From the NCBI GenBank assembly GCA_964016885.1, contig OZ024740.1, positions 104,408,001 through 104,472,000 on the forward strand: a DNA stretch of 64,000 bases, given 5' to 3'. A program made the translations under genes and the position numbers. Numbering within the stretch: the first letter of the stretch is position 1; each line of letters opens with the position of its first letter. Below, piece by piece: positions 1 to 16,893 of the stretch. The stretch comes from Eledone cirrhosa. Taxonomy: Eukaryota. The notes beneath the pieces were generated by a model, which did no database searches, had not been told where the DNA came from, and was given only the letters and a program-made list of their open reading frames with translations.

Positions 1-3000
1 TCTTCTCAATATCTACACACTGTGTCTATCTACTCAACATCTACACACTGTGTCTATCTACTCAACATCTACACACTGTGTCTATCTACTAGACATCCAC
101 ACACTGTGTCTATTTACTCAATATCCACACACTGAGTCTATCTACTAAACGTCTACACAATGTGTCTATCTACTCAACATGCACACGCTGTGTCTATCTG
201 CTCAACATCTACACACTGTGTCTACCTACTCAACATCTACACACTGTGTCTATCTACTCAACATCTACACACTGTGTCTATCTACTCAATATCTACACAC
301 TGTGTCTATCTACTCAATATCCACACACTGTGTCTATCTACTCAACATCCACACACTGTTTCTATCTAATCAACATCTACACACTGTGTCTATCTACTCA
401 ACATCTACACACTGTGTTTATCTACTCAACATCTACACACTGTGTCTATCTACGCCACATCTACACGCTGTGTCTATCTACTCAACATCTACACACCGTG
501 TCTAGCTACTGAATATCTACACACTGTGTCTATCTACTCTACATCTACACACTGTGTCTATCTACTCAACATCTACACACTGTGTCTATCTACTAGACAT
601 CCACACACTGTGTCTATTTACTCAATATCCACACACAGTGTCTATCTACTAAACAACTATACAATCTGTCTATCTACTCAACATCCACACACTGTGTCTA
701 TCAACTCAACATCTACACACTGTCTCTACCTACTCAACATCTACACACTGTGTCTATCTACACAACATCTACACACTGTGTCTATCTACTCAATATCTAC
801 ACACTGTGTCTATCTACTCAATATCCACACACTGTGTCTATCTATTCAACATCTACACACTGTGTCTATCTACTCAACATCTACACAGCGTGTCTATCTA
901 CTCAACATCTACACACTGTGTCTATCTACTCAACATCTACACACCGTGTCTATCTACTCAACATCTACAAACTGTGTTTATTTACTCAATATCTACACAC
1001 TGTGTCTATCTACACACCGTGTCTATCTACTCAACATCTACACACTGTCTATCTACTCAATATCTACACACCGTGTCTATCTACTCAATATCCACACACG
1101 GTGTCTATCTACTCAACATCTACACACTGTCTATCTACTCAATATCTACACACCGTGTCTATCTACTCAATATCTACACACTGTGTCTATCTACTCAACA
1201 TCAACACACTGTCGCTATCTACTCAACATCTACACACTGTCTATATCTACTCAACATCTACACACTGTGTCTATCTACTCAATATCTACACACTGAGTTT
1301 ATCTACTAAACATCTACACACTGTGTCTATCTACTCAACATCTACACACTGTGTCTATCTACTCAACATCTACACACTGTGTCTATCTACTCAATATCCA
1401 CACAGTGTGTCTATCTACTCAATATCTACACACTGTGTCTATCTACTCAATTTCTACACACTGTGTCTATCTACTCTACATCTACACACTGTGTCTATCT
1501 ACTCAACATCCACACACTGTGTCTATTTACTCAATATCCACACACTGTGTCTATCTACTCAACATCTACACACTGTGTCTATGTACTCAACATCCACACA
1601 CTGTGTCTATTTACTCAATATCCACACACTGTGTCTATTTACTCAATATCCACACAGTGTGTATTTCTACTCAATATCCACACGCTGTCCCTATCTACTC
1701 AACATCTACACACTGAGTCTATCTACTCAACATCTACACACTGTCTATCTACTCAATATCTACAGACTGTGTTTATCTACACAATATCTACACACTGTGT
1801 CTATCTACTCAACATCCACCCACTGTCTCTATCTAGTCAACATCTACACACTGTCCCTATCTACTCAACATCTACACACTGTGTCTATCTACTCAACATC
1901 CACACACTCTGCGTATCTACTCAATATCTACACACTATATCTATCTCCTCAACATCTACACACTGTGTCTATCTACTCAACATCTACACACCGTGTCTAT
2001 CTACTCAACATCTACACACCGTGTCTATCTACTCTACATCTACACACTGTGTCTATCTACTCAACATCTACACACTGTGTCTATCTACTCAACATCTACA
2101 CACTGCGTCTATCTACTCAACATCTACACACTGTGTCTATCTACTCAATATCCACACAGTGTGTCTATCTACTCAATATCTACACACTGTGTCTATTTAC
2201 TCAATATCCACACACTGTGTCTATCTACTCGACATCTACACACTGTGTCTATCTACTCAACATCTACAAACTGTGTCTATCTACTCCACATCTACACACT
2301 GTGTCTATCTACTCAACATCTACACACCGTGTCTATCTACTGAATATGTACACACTGTGTCTATCTACTCAATATCCACACACTGTGTCTATCTATTCAG
2401 CATCTACACACTGTGTCTATCTACTCAATATCTACAAACTGTGTCTATCTACTCAACATCTAGACACTGTGTCTATTTACTCAATTTCCACACACTGTGT
2501 CTATCTACTCAACATCTACACACTGTGTCTATCTACTCAACATCTACACACAGTGTCTATCAACACAAAATTCACACAATGTGTCTATCTACTCATTATC
2601 CACACACTGTGTCTATCTACTCAGTATCTACATACTGTCTTTATCTACTCAACACCTACACACTGTGTCTATCTTTCTCAACATCCACACACTGTGTCTA
2701 TCTACTCAATATCTACACACTGTTTCTATCTACTCAACATCCACACACTGTGACTATCTTCTCAATATCTACACACTGTGTCTATCTACTCAACATCTAC
2801 ACGCTGTGTCTATCTACTAGACATCCACACACTGTGTCTATTTACTCAATATCCACACACTGTGTCTATCTATTAAACATCTACACAATCTGTCTATCTA
2901 CTCAACATCCACACACTGTGTCTATCAACTCAACATCTACACACTGTGTCTACCTACTTAACATCTACACACTGTGTCTATCTACTCAACATCTACACAC

Positions 3001-6000
3001 TGTGTCTATCTACTCAATATCTACACACTGTGTCTATCTACTCAATATCCACACACTGTGTCTATCTATTCAACATCTACACACTGTGTGTATCTACTCA
3101 ACATCCACACACTGTTTCTATCTACTCAACATCTACACACTGTGTCTATCTACTCAACATCTACACAGCGTGTCTATCTACTGAACATCTACACACTGTG
3201 TCTATCTACTCAACATCTACACACCGTGTTTATCTACTCAACATCTACAAACTGTGTTTATTTACTCAATATCTACACACTGTCTATCTACACACCGTGT
3301 CTATCTACTCAACATCTACACACTGTCTATCTACTCAATATCTACACATCGTGTCTATCTACTCAATATCCACACACGGTGTCTATCTACTCAATATATA
3401 CACACTGTCTATCTACTCAATATCTACACACCGTGTCTATCTACTCAATATGTACACACTGTGTCTATCTACTCAACATCAACACACTGTCTCTATCTAC
3501 TCAACATCTACACACTGTCTATATCTACTCAACATCTACACACTGTGTCTATCTACTCAATATCTACACACTGAATTTATCTACTAAACATCTACACACT
3601 GTGTCTATCTACTCAACATCTACACACTGTGTCTACCTACTCAACATCTACACACTGTGTCTATCTACTCAATATCCACACAGTGTGTCTATCTACTCAA
3701 TATCTACACACTGTGTCTATCTACTCAACATCTACACACTGTGTCTATCTACTCTACATCTACACACTGTGTCTATCTACTCAACATCCACACACTGTGT
3801 CTATTTACTCAATATCCACACACTGTGTCTATCTACTCAACATGTACACACTGTGTCTATGTACTCGACATCCACACACTGTGTCTATTTACTCAATATC
3901 CACACACTGTGTCTATTTACTCAATATCCACACAGTGTGTATATCTACTCAATATCCACACGCTGTCTATCTACTCAACATCTACACACTGAGTCTATCT
4001 ACTCAACATCTACACACTGTCTATCTACTGAATATCTACACACTGTGTCTATCTACTGAACATCCACACACTCTGCGTATCTACTCAATATCTACGCACT
4101 GTGTCTATCTACTCAACATCTATACACTGTGTCTATCTACTCAACATTTACACACCGTGTCTATTTACTCAACATCTACACACTGTGTCTATTTACTGAA
4201 TATCTACACACTGTGTCTATCTACTCAATATCCGCACACTGTGTCTATCTACTCAACATCTACACACTGTGTCTATCTACTCAACTTCTACACACTGTCT
4301 ATCTACTCAATATATACACACTGTGTCTATTTACTCAATATCTACACACTGTGTCTATTTACTCAACATCCACACACTGTGTCTATCTACTCAACATCTA
4401 CACACTGTGTCTATCTACTCAACATCTACACACTGTGTCTATCTACTCAACATCTACACACTGTGTCTATCTACTCAACATCCACACACTCTGCGTATCT
4501 ACTCAATATCTTCACACTGTGTCTATCTACTCAACATCTACACACTGTGTCTATCTACTCAACATCTACACACTGTGTCTATCTACTCAACATCCACACA
4601 CTCTGCGTATCTACTCAATATCTTCACACTGTGTCTATCTACTCAACATCTACACACTGTGTCTATTTACTGAATATCTACACACTGTGTCAATTTACTC
4701 AACATCTACACACTGTGTCTATCTACTCAATATCTACACACTTTGTCTATCTACTCAACATCTACACACTGTCTATCTACTCAATATCCGCACACTGTGT
4801 CTATCTCCTCAACATCTACACACTGTGTCTATCTACTCAACTTCTACACACTGTCTATCTACTCAATATCTACACACTGTGTCTATTTACTCAATATCTA
4901 CACACTGTGTCTATTTACTCAATAACCACACACTGTGTCTATCTACTCAACATCCACACACTGTGTCTATCTACTCAACATCTACACACTGTGTCTATCT
5001 ACTCAACATCTACACACTGTGTCTATCTACTCAACATCTACACACTGTGTCTATCTACTCCACATCTACACGCTGTGTCTATCTACTCAACATCTACACA
5101 CCGTGTCTATCTACTGAATATCTACACACTGTGTCTATCTCCTGAATATCTACACACCGTGTCTACTTACTCAATATCTACACACTGTGTCTATCTACTC
5201 AACATCTACACACTGTGTCTATCTACTCAATATCCACACACTGTGTCTATCTACTCAAAATCTACACACTGTGTCTATCTACTCAATATCCACACACTGT
5301 GTCTATCTACTCAATATCTACACACTGTGTCTATCTACTCAATATCCACACACTGTGTCCATCTACTCAATATCCACACACTGTCTATCTACTCAACATC
5401 CACACAAGGTGTCTATCTACTCAATATCTACATACTGTGTCTATCTACTCAACATCTACACACTGTGTCTATCTACTCAACATCCACACACTGTGTCTAT
5501 CCTGCTCACCATCCACACACGGTGTCTATCTACTCAACATCTACTCACTGTGTCTATCTACTCAACATCTACACACTATGTTGATCTACTCAATATCCTC
5601 ACACTGTCTATCTACTCAACATCTACACACTGTGTCTATCTACTCAACATCTACACGCCGTGTCTATCTACTCAACATCTACACACTGTGTCTATCTACT
5701 CCACATCTACACGCTGTGTCTATCTACTCAACATCTACACACTGTGTCTATCTACTCACCATCCACACACGGTGTCTATCTACTCAACATCTACTCACTG
5801 TGTCTATCTACTCAACATCTACACGCTGTATTGATCTACTCAATATCCTCACACTGTCTATCTACTCAACATCTACATACTGTGTCTATCTACTCAACAT
5901 CTACACTCCGTGTCTATCTACTCAACATCTACAAACTGTGTCTATCTACTCAACATCTAGACACTGTCTATTTACTCAATTTCCACACACTGTGTCTATC

Positions 6001-9000
6001 TACTCAACATCTACACACTGTGTCTATCTACTCAACATCTACACACAGTGTCTATCAACACAAAATTCACTCAATGTGTCTATCTACTCATTATCCACAC
6101 ACTGTGTCTATCTACTCAGTATCTACATACTGTGTTTATCTACTCAACACCTACACACTGTGTCTATCTTTCTCAACATCCACACACTGTGTCTATCTAC
6201 TCAATATCTACACACTGTTTCTATCTACTCAACATCCACACACTGTGTCTATCTTCTCAATATCTACACACTGTGTCTATCTACTCAACATCTACACACT
6301 GTGTCTATCTACTCAACATCTACACACTGTGTCTATCTACTAGACATCCACACACTGTGTCTATTTACTCAATATCCACACACTGAGTCTATCTACTAAA
6401 CGTCTACACAATGTGTCTATCTACTGAACATGCACACGCTGTGTCTATCTGCTCAACATCTACACACTGTGTCTACCTACTCAACATCTACACACTGTGT
6501 CTATCTACTCAACATCTACACACTGTGTCTATCTACTCAATATCTACACACTGTGTCTATCTACTCAATATCCACACACTGTGTCTATCTACTCAACATC
6601 CACACACTGTTTCTATCTAATCAACATCTACACACTGTGTCTATCTACTCAACATCTACACACTGTGTTTATCTACTCAACATCTACACACTGTGTCTAT
6701 CTACGCCACATCTACACGCTGTGTCTATCTACTCAACATCTACACACTGTGTCTAGCTACTGAATATCTACACACTGTGTCTATCTTCTCTACATCTACA
6801 CACTGTGTCTATCTACTCAACATCTACACACTGTGTCTATCTACTAGACATCCACACACTGTGTCTATTTACTCAATATCCACACACAGTGTCTATCTAC
6901 TAAACAACTATACAATCTGTCTATCTACTCAACATCCACACACTGTGTCTATCAACTCAACATCTACACACTGTCTCTACCTACTCAACATCTACACACT
7001 GTGTCTATCTACACAACATCTACACACTGTGTCTATCTACTCAATATCTACACACTGTGTCTATCTACTCAATATCCACACACTGTGTCTATCTATTCAA
7101 CATCTACACACTGTGTCTATCTACTCAACATCTACACAGCGTGTCTATCTACTCAACATCTACACACTGTGTCTATCTACTCAACATCTACACACCGTGT
7201 CTATCTACTCAACATCTACAAACTGTGTTTATTTACTCAATATCTACACACTGTGTCTATCTACACACCGTGTCTATCTACTCAACATCTACACACTGTC
7301 TATCTACTCAATATCTACACACCGTGTCTATCTACTCAATATCCACACACGGTGTCTATCTACTCAACATCTACACACTGTCTATCTACTCAATATCTAC
7401 ACACCGTGTCTATCTACTCAATATCTACACACTGTGTCTATCTACTCAACATCAACACACTGTCGCTATCTACTCAACATCTACACACTGTCTATATCTA
7501 CTCAACATCTACACACTGTGTCTATCTACTCAATATCTACACACTGAGTTTATCTACTAAACATCTACACACTGTGTCTATCTACTCAACATCTACACAC
7601 TGTGTCTATCTACTCAACATCTACACACTGTGTCTATCTACTCAATATCCACACAGTGTGTCTATCTACTCAATATCTACACACTGTGTCTATCTACTCA
7701 ATTTCTACACACTGTGTCTATCTACTCTACATCTACACACTGTGTCTATCTACTCAACATCCACACACTGTGTCTATTTACTCAATATCCACACACTGTG
7801 TCTATCTACTCAACATCTACACACTGTGTCTATGTACTCAACATCCACACACTGTGTCTATTTACTCAATATCCACACACTGTGTCTATTTACTCAATAT
7901 CCACACAGTGTGTATTTCTACTCAATATCCACACGCTGTCCCTATCTACTCAACATCTACACACTGAGTCTATCTACTCAACATCTACACACTGTCTATC
8001 TACTCAATATCTACAGACTGTGTTTATCTACTCAATATCTACACACTGTGTCTATCTACTCAACATCCACCCACTGTCTCTATCTAGTCAACATCTACAC
8101 ACTGTCCCTATCTACTCAACATCTACACACTGTGTCTATCTACTCAACATCCACACACTCTGCGTATCTACTCAATATCTACACACTATGTCTATCTCCT
8201 CAACATCTACACACTGTGTCTATCTACTCAACATCTACACACCGTGTCTATCTACTCAACATCTACACACCGTGTCTATCTACTCTACATCTACACACTG
8301 TGTCTATCTACTCAACATCTACACACTGTGTCTATCTACTCAACATCTACACACTGTGTCTATCTACTCAATATCTACACACTGTGTCTATCTACTCAAC
8401 ATCTACAAACTGTGTTTATTTACTCAATATCTACACACTGTGTCTATCTACACACCGTGTCTATCTACTCAACATCTACACACTGTCTATCTACTCAATA
8501 TCTACACACCGTGTCTATCTACTCAATATCCACACACGGTGTCTATCTACTCAACATCTACACACTGTCTATCTACTCAATATCTACACACAGTGTCTAT
8601 CTACTCAATATCTACACGCTGTGTCTATCTACTCAACATCAACACATTGTCTCTATCTACTCAACATCTACACACTGTCTCTATCTACTCAACATCTACA
8701 CACTGTGTCTATCTACTCAATATCTACACACTGAGTTTATCTACTAAACATCCACACACTGTGTCTATCTACTCAACATCTACACACTGCGTCTATCTAC
8801 TCAACATCTACACACTGTGTCTATCTACTCAATATCCACACAGTGTGTCTATCTACTCAATATCTACACACTGTGTCTATTTACTCAATATCCACACACT
8901 GTGTCTATCTACTCGACATCTACACACTGTGTCTATCTACTCAACATCTACAAACTGTGTCTATCTACTCCACATCTACACACTGTGTCTATCTACTCAA

Positions 9001-12000
9001 CATCTACACACCGTGTCTATCTACTGAATATGTACACACTGTGTCTATCTACTCAATATCCACACACTGTGTCTATCTATTCAGCATCTACACACTGTGT
9101 CTATCTACTCAATATCTACAAACTGTGTCTATCTACTCAACATCTAGACACTGTGTCTATTTACTCAATTTCCACACACTGTGTCTATCTACTCAACATC
9201 TACACACTGTGTCTATCTACTCAACATCTACACACAGTGTCTATCAACACAAAATTCACACAATGTGTCTATCTACTCATTATCCACACACTGTGTCTAT
9301 CTACTCAGTATCTACATACTGTCTTTATCTACTCAACACCTACACACTGTGACTATCTTCTCAATATCTACACACTGTGTCTATCTACTCAACATCTACA
9401 CGCTGTGTCTATCTACTAGACATCCACACACTGTGTCTATTTACTCAATATCCACACACTGTGTCTATCTACTAAACATCTACACAATCTGTCTATCTAC
9501 TCAACATCCACACACTGTGTCTATCAACTCAACATCTACACACTGTGTCTACCTACTTAACATCTACACACTGTGTCTATCTACTCAACATCTACACACT
9601 GTGTCTATCTACTCAATATCTACACACTGTGTCTATCTACTCAATATCCACACACTGTGTCTATCTATTCAACATCTACACACTGTGTCTATCTACTCAA
9701 CATCCACACACTGTTTCTATCTACTCAACATCTACACACTGTGTCTATCTACTCAACATCTACACAGCGTGTCTATCTACTGAACATCTACACACTGTGT
9801 CTATCTACTCAACATCTACACACCGTGTTTATCTACTCAACATCTACAAACTGTGTTTATTTACTCAATATCTACACACTGTCTATCTACACACCGTGTC
9901 TATCTACTCAACATCTACACACTGTCTATCTACTCAATATCTACACATCGTGTCTATCTACTCAATATCCACACACGGTGTCTATCTACTCAACATATAC
10001 ACACTGTCTATCTACTCAATATCTACACACCGTGTCTATCTACTCAATATGTACACACTGTGTCTATCTACTCAACATCAACACACTGTCTCTATCTACT
10101 CAACATCTACACACTGTCTATATCTACTCAACATCTACACACTGTGTCTATCTACTCAATATCTACACACTGAATTTATCTACTAAACATCTACACACTG
10201 TGTCTATCTACTCAACATCTACACACTGTGTCTACCTACTCAACATCTACACACTGTGTCTATCTACTCAATATCCACACAGTGTGTCTATCTACTCAAT
10301 ATCTACACACTGTGTCTATCTACTCAACATCTACACACTGTGTCTATCTACTCTACATCTACACACTGTGTCTATCTACTCAACATCCACACACTGTGTC
10401 TATTTACTCAATATCCACACACTGTGTCTATCTACTCAACATGTACACACTGTGTCTATGTACTCGACATCCACACACTGTGTCTATTTACTCAATATCC
10501 ACACACTGTGTCTATTTACTCAATATCCACACAGTGTGTATATCTACTCAATATCCACACGCTGTCTATCTACTCAACATCTACACACTGAGTCTATCTA
10601 CTCAACATCTACACACTGTCTATCTACTCAATATCTACACACTGTGTCTATCTACTGAACATCCACACACTCTGCGTATCTACTCAATATCTACGCACTG
10701 TGTCTATCTACTCAACATTTACACACCGTGTCTATTTACTCAACATCTACACACTGTGTCTATTTACTGAATATCTACACACTGTGTCTATCTACTCAAT
10801 ATCCGCACACTGTGTCTATCTACTCAACATCTACACACTGTGTCTATCTACTCAACTTCTACACACTGTCTATCTACTCAATATATACACACTGTGTCTA
10901 TCTACTCAACATCTACACACTGTGTCTATCTACTCAACATCTACACACTGTGTCTATCTACTCCACATCTACACGCTGTGTCTATCTACTCAACATCTAC
11001 ACACCGTGTCTATCTACTGAATATCTACACACCGTGTCTATCTACTTAATATCTACACACCGTGTCTATTTACTCAATATCTACACACTGTGTCTATCTA
11101 CTCAATATCCACACACTGTGTCTATCTACTCAACATCTACACACTGTGTCTATCTACTCAATATCCACACACTGTGTCTATCTACTCAATATCTACACAC
11201 TGTCTCTATCTACTCAACATCTACACACTGTGTCTATCTACTCAATATCCACACACTGTGTCTATCTACTCAACATCTACACACTGTGTTTATCTACTCA
11301 ACATCTACACACTGTGTCTATCTACTCAATATCCACACACTGTGTCTATCTACTCAACATCTACACACTGTGTCTATCTACTCAATATCCACACACTGTG
11401 TCTATCTACTCAATATCCACACACTGTGTCTATCTACTCAATATCCACACACTGTCTATCTACTCAACATCCACACACGGTGTCTATCTACTCAATATCT
11501 ACATACTGTGTCTATCTACTCAACATCTACACACTGTGTCTATCTACTCAACATCCACACACTGTGTCTATCCTGCTCAACATCCACACACGGTGTCTAT
11601 CTACTCAACATCTACTCACTGTGTCTATCTACTCAACATCTACACACTGTGTTGATCTACTCAATATCTACACACTGTGTCTATCTACTCAACATCTATA
11701 CACTGTGTCTATTTACTCAATATCCTCACACTGTCTATCTACTCAATATCTACACACTGTGTCTATCTACTCAACATCTACACAGCTTGTATATCTACTC
11801 AACATCTACACACTGTGTCTATCTACTCAACATCTACAAACTGTGTCTCTTTACTCAATATCTACACACTGTGTCTATCTACTCAATATCTACACACCGT
11901 GTCTATCTAGTAAACATCTACACACTGTGTCTATCTACTCAACATCTATACACTGTGTCTATTTCCTCAATATCCACACACTGTCTATCTACTCAATATC

Positions 12001-15000
12001 TACACACCGTTTCTATTTACTCAATATCTACACACTGTGTCTATCTACTCAACATCTACACACTGTGTCTATCTACTAGACATCCACACACTGTGTCTAT
12101 TTACTCGATATCCACACAGTGTGTCTATCTACTAAACGTCTACACAATGTGTCTATCTACTCAACATCCACACACTGTGTCTATCTGCTCAACATCTACA
12201 CACTGTGTCTACCTACTCAACATCTACACACTGTGTCTATCTACTCAACATCTACACACTGTGTCTATCTACTCAACATCTACACACTGTGTCTATCTAC
12301 TCCACATCTACACGCTGTGTCTATCTACTCAACATCTACACACCGTGTCTATCTACTGAATATATACACACTGTGTCTATCTACTCTACATCCACACACT
12401 GTGTCTATCTACTCAATATCTACACACTGTGTCTATCTACTAAACATCTACACACTGTGTCTATCTACTCAATATCTACACACTGTGTCTATCTACTCAA
12501 CATCTACACACTGTGTCTATCTACTAGACATCCACACACTGTGTCTATTTACTCAATATCCACACACTGAGTCTATCTACTAAACGTCTACACAATGTGT
12601 CTATCTACTCAACATGCACACGCTGTGTCTATCTGCTCAACATCTACACACTGTGTCTACCTACTCAACATCTACACACTGTGTCTATCTAATCAACATC
12701 TACACACTGTGTCTATCTACTCAATATCTACACACTGTGTCTATCTACTCAATATCCACACACTGTGTCTATCTACTCAACATCCACACACTGTGTCTAT
12801 CTAATCAACATCTACACACTGTGTCTATCTACTCAACATCTACACACTGTGTTTATCTACTCAACATCTACACACTGTGTCTATCTACTCCACATCTACA
12901 CGCTGTGTCTATCTACTCAACATCTACACACTGTGTCTATCTACTAGACATCCACACACTGTGTCTATTTACTCAATATCCACACACTGTGTCTATCTAC
13001 TAAACAACTATACAATATGTCTATCTACTCAACATCCACACACTGTGTCTATCAACTCAACATCTACACACTGTCTCTACCTACTCAACATCTACACACT
13101 GTGTCTATCTACACAACATCTACACACTGTGTCTATCTACTCAATATCTACACACTGTGTCTATCTACTCAATATCCACACACTGTGTCTATCTATTCAA
13201 CTTCTACACACTGTGTCTATCTACTCAACATCTACACAGCGTGTCTATCTACTCAACATCTACACACTGTGTCTATCTACTCAACATCTACACACCGTGT
13301 CTATCTACTCAACATCTACAAACTGTGTTTATTTACTCAATATCTACACACTGTGTCTATCTACACACCGTGTCTATCTACTCAACATCTACACACTGTC
13401 TATCTACTCAATATCTACACACCGTGTCTATCTACTCAATATCCACACACGGTGTCTATCTACTCAACATCTACACACTGTCTATCTACTCAATATCTAC
13501 ACACCGTGTCTATCTACTCAATATCTACACACCGTGTCTATCTACTCAACATCAACACACTGTCGCTATCTACTCAACATCTACACACTGTCTATATCTA
13601 CTCAACATCTACACACTGTGTCTATCTACTCAATATCTACACACTGAGTTTATCTACTAAACATCTACACACTGTGTCTATCTACTCAACATCTACACAC
13701 TGTGTCTATCTACTCAACATCTACACACTGTGTCTATCTACCCAATATCCACACACTGTGTCTATCTACTCAATATGCACACACTGTGTCTATCTACTCA
13801 ATATCCACACACTGTCTATCTACTCAACATCCACATACGGTGTCTATCTACTCAATATCTACATACTGTGTCTATCTACTCAACATCTACACACTGTGTC
13901 TATCTACTCAACATCCACACACTGTGTCTATCCTGCTCAACATCCACACACGGTGTCTATCTACTCAACATCTACTCACTGTGTCTATCTACTCAACATC
14001 TACACACTGTGTTGATCTACTCAATATCTACACACTGTGTCTATCTACTCAACATCTATACACTGTGTCTATTTACTCAATATCCTCACACTGTCTATCT
14101 ACTCAATATCTACACACTGTGTCTATCTACTCAACATCTACACAGCTTGTATATCTACTCAACATCTACACACTGTGTCTATCTACTCAACATCTACACA
14201 CCGTGTCTATCTACTCAACATCTACAAACTGTGTCTCTTTACTCACTATCTACACACTGTGTCTATCTATTCAATATCTACACACCGTGTCTATCTAGTA
14301 AACATCTACACACTGTGTCTATCTACTCAACATCTACACACTGTGTCTATTTCCTCAATATTCACACACTGTCTATCTACTCAATATCTACACACCGTTT
14401 CTATTTACTCAATATCTACACACTGTGTCTATCTACTCAACATCTACAATCTGTGTCTATCTACTAAACATCCACACACTGTGTCTATTTACTCGATATC
14501 CACACAGTGTGTCTATCTACTAAACGTCTACTCAATGTGTCTATCTACTCAACATCCACACACTGTGTCTATCTGCTCAACATCTACACACTGTGTCTAC
14601 CTACTCAACATCTACACACTGTGTCTATCTACTCAACATCTACACATTGTGTCTATCTACTCAACATCTACACACTGTGTCTATCTACTCCACATCTACA
14701 CGCTGTGTCTATCTACTCAACATCTACACACCGTGTCTATCTACTGAATATATACACACTGTGTCTATCTACTCTACATCCACACACTGTGTCTATCTAC
14801 TCAATATCTACACACTGTGTCTATCTACTAAACATCTACACACTGTGTCTATCTACTCAATATCTACACACTGTGTCTATCTACTCAACATCTACACACT
14901 GTGTCTATCTACTAGACATCCACACACTGTGTCTATTTACTCAATATCCACACACTGAGTCTATCTACTAAACGTCTACACAATGTGTCTATCTACTCAA

Positions 15001-16668
15001 CATGCACACGCTGTGTCTATCTGCTCAACATCTACACACTGTGTCTACCTACTCAACATCTACACACTGTGTCTATCTAATCAACATCTACACACTGTGT
15101 CTATCTACTCAATATCTACACACTGTGTCTATCTACTCAATATCCACACACTGTGTCTATCTACTCAACATCCACACACTGTGTCTATCTAATCAACATC
15201 TACACACTGTGTCTATCTACTCAACATCTACACACTGTGTTTATCTACTCAACATCTACACACTGTGTCTATCTACTCCACATCTACACGCTGTGTCTAT
15301 CTACTCAACATCTACACACTGTGTCTATCTACTAGACATCCACACACTGTGTCTATTTACTCAATATCCACACACTGTGTCTATCTACTAAACAACTATA
15401 CAATCTGTCTATCTACTCAACATCCACACACTGTGTCTATCAACTCAACATCTACACACAGTCTCTACCTACTCAACATCTACACACTGTGTCTATCTAC
15501 ACAACATCTACACACTGTGTCTATCTACTCAATATCTACACACTGTTTCTATCTACTCAATATCCACACACTGTGTCTATCTATTCAACATCTACACACT
15601 GTGTCTATCTACTCAACATCTACACAGCGTGTCTATCTACTCAACATCTACACACTGTGTCTATCTACTCAACATCTACACACCGTGTCTATCTACTCAA
15701 CATCTACAAACTGTGTTTATTTACTCAATATCTACACACTGTGTCTATCTACACACCGTGTCTATCTACTCAACATCTACACACTGTCTATCTACTCAAT
15801 ATCTACACACCGTGTCTATCTACTCAATATCCACACATGGTGTCTATCTACTCAACATCTACACACTGTCTATCTACTCAATATCTACACACCGTGTCTA
15901 TCTACTCAATATCTACACACCGTGTCTATCTACTCAACATCAACACACTGTCGCTATCTACTCAACATCTACACACTGTCTATATCTACTCAACATCTAC
16001 ACACTGTGTCTATCTACTCAATATCTACACACTGAGTTTATCTACTAAACATCTACACACTGTGTCTATCTACTCAACATCTACAAACTGTGTCTATCTA
16101 CTCAACATCTACACACTGTGTCTATCTACTCAATATCCACACAGTGTGTCTATCTACTCAATATCTACACACTGTGTCTATCTACTCAACATCTACACAC
16201 TGTGTCTATCTACTCAACATCTACACACTGTCTATCTACTCAACATCTACACACTGTCTATCTACTCAACATCTACACACTGTGTCTATCTAATCAACAT
16301 CCACATACTGTGTCTATCTACTCAATATCCACACACTGTGTCTCTGTATTCAGCATCTACACACTGTGTCTATCTACTCAATATCTACACACTGTGTCTA
16401 TCTACTCAACATCTACACACTGTGTCTATCTACTCAACATCTACACACTGTCAATCTACTCAATATCTACACACCGTGTCTATCTACTCAATATCCACAC
16501 ACTGTGTCTATCTACTCAACATCTACACACTGTCAATCTACTTAATATCTACAAACCGTGTCTATCTACTCAATATCTACACACTGTGTCTATCTACTCA
16601 ATATCTACACACTGTCTCTATCTACTCAACATCTACACACTGTGTCTAACTACTCAACATCTACACAC

Positions 16669-16893
16669 TGTGTAGATAGACACAGTGTAGATAGACACAG
16701 TGTGTAGATGTTGAGTAGATAGACTCAGTGTGTACATGTTGAGTAGATAGACACAGTGTGTGGATGTTGAGTAGATAGACACAGTGTGTAGATTTTGAGT
16801 AGATAGACACAGTGTGTGGATATTGAGTAGATAGACATTGTGTGGATGTTGAGTAGGTAGACACAGTGTGTGGATATTGAGTAAATAGACACA
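16669..16893 (-). repeat. Inverted satellite block 1 (~225 bp)
   Basis: Sequence switches to reverse-complement monomers (GTAGATAGACACAGTGTG). Junctions are TCTACACA-C-TGTGTAGA and ATAGACACA-G-TGTGTCTAT. Confidence 0.95.
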
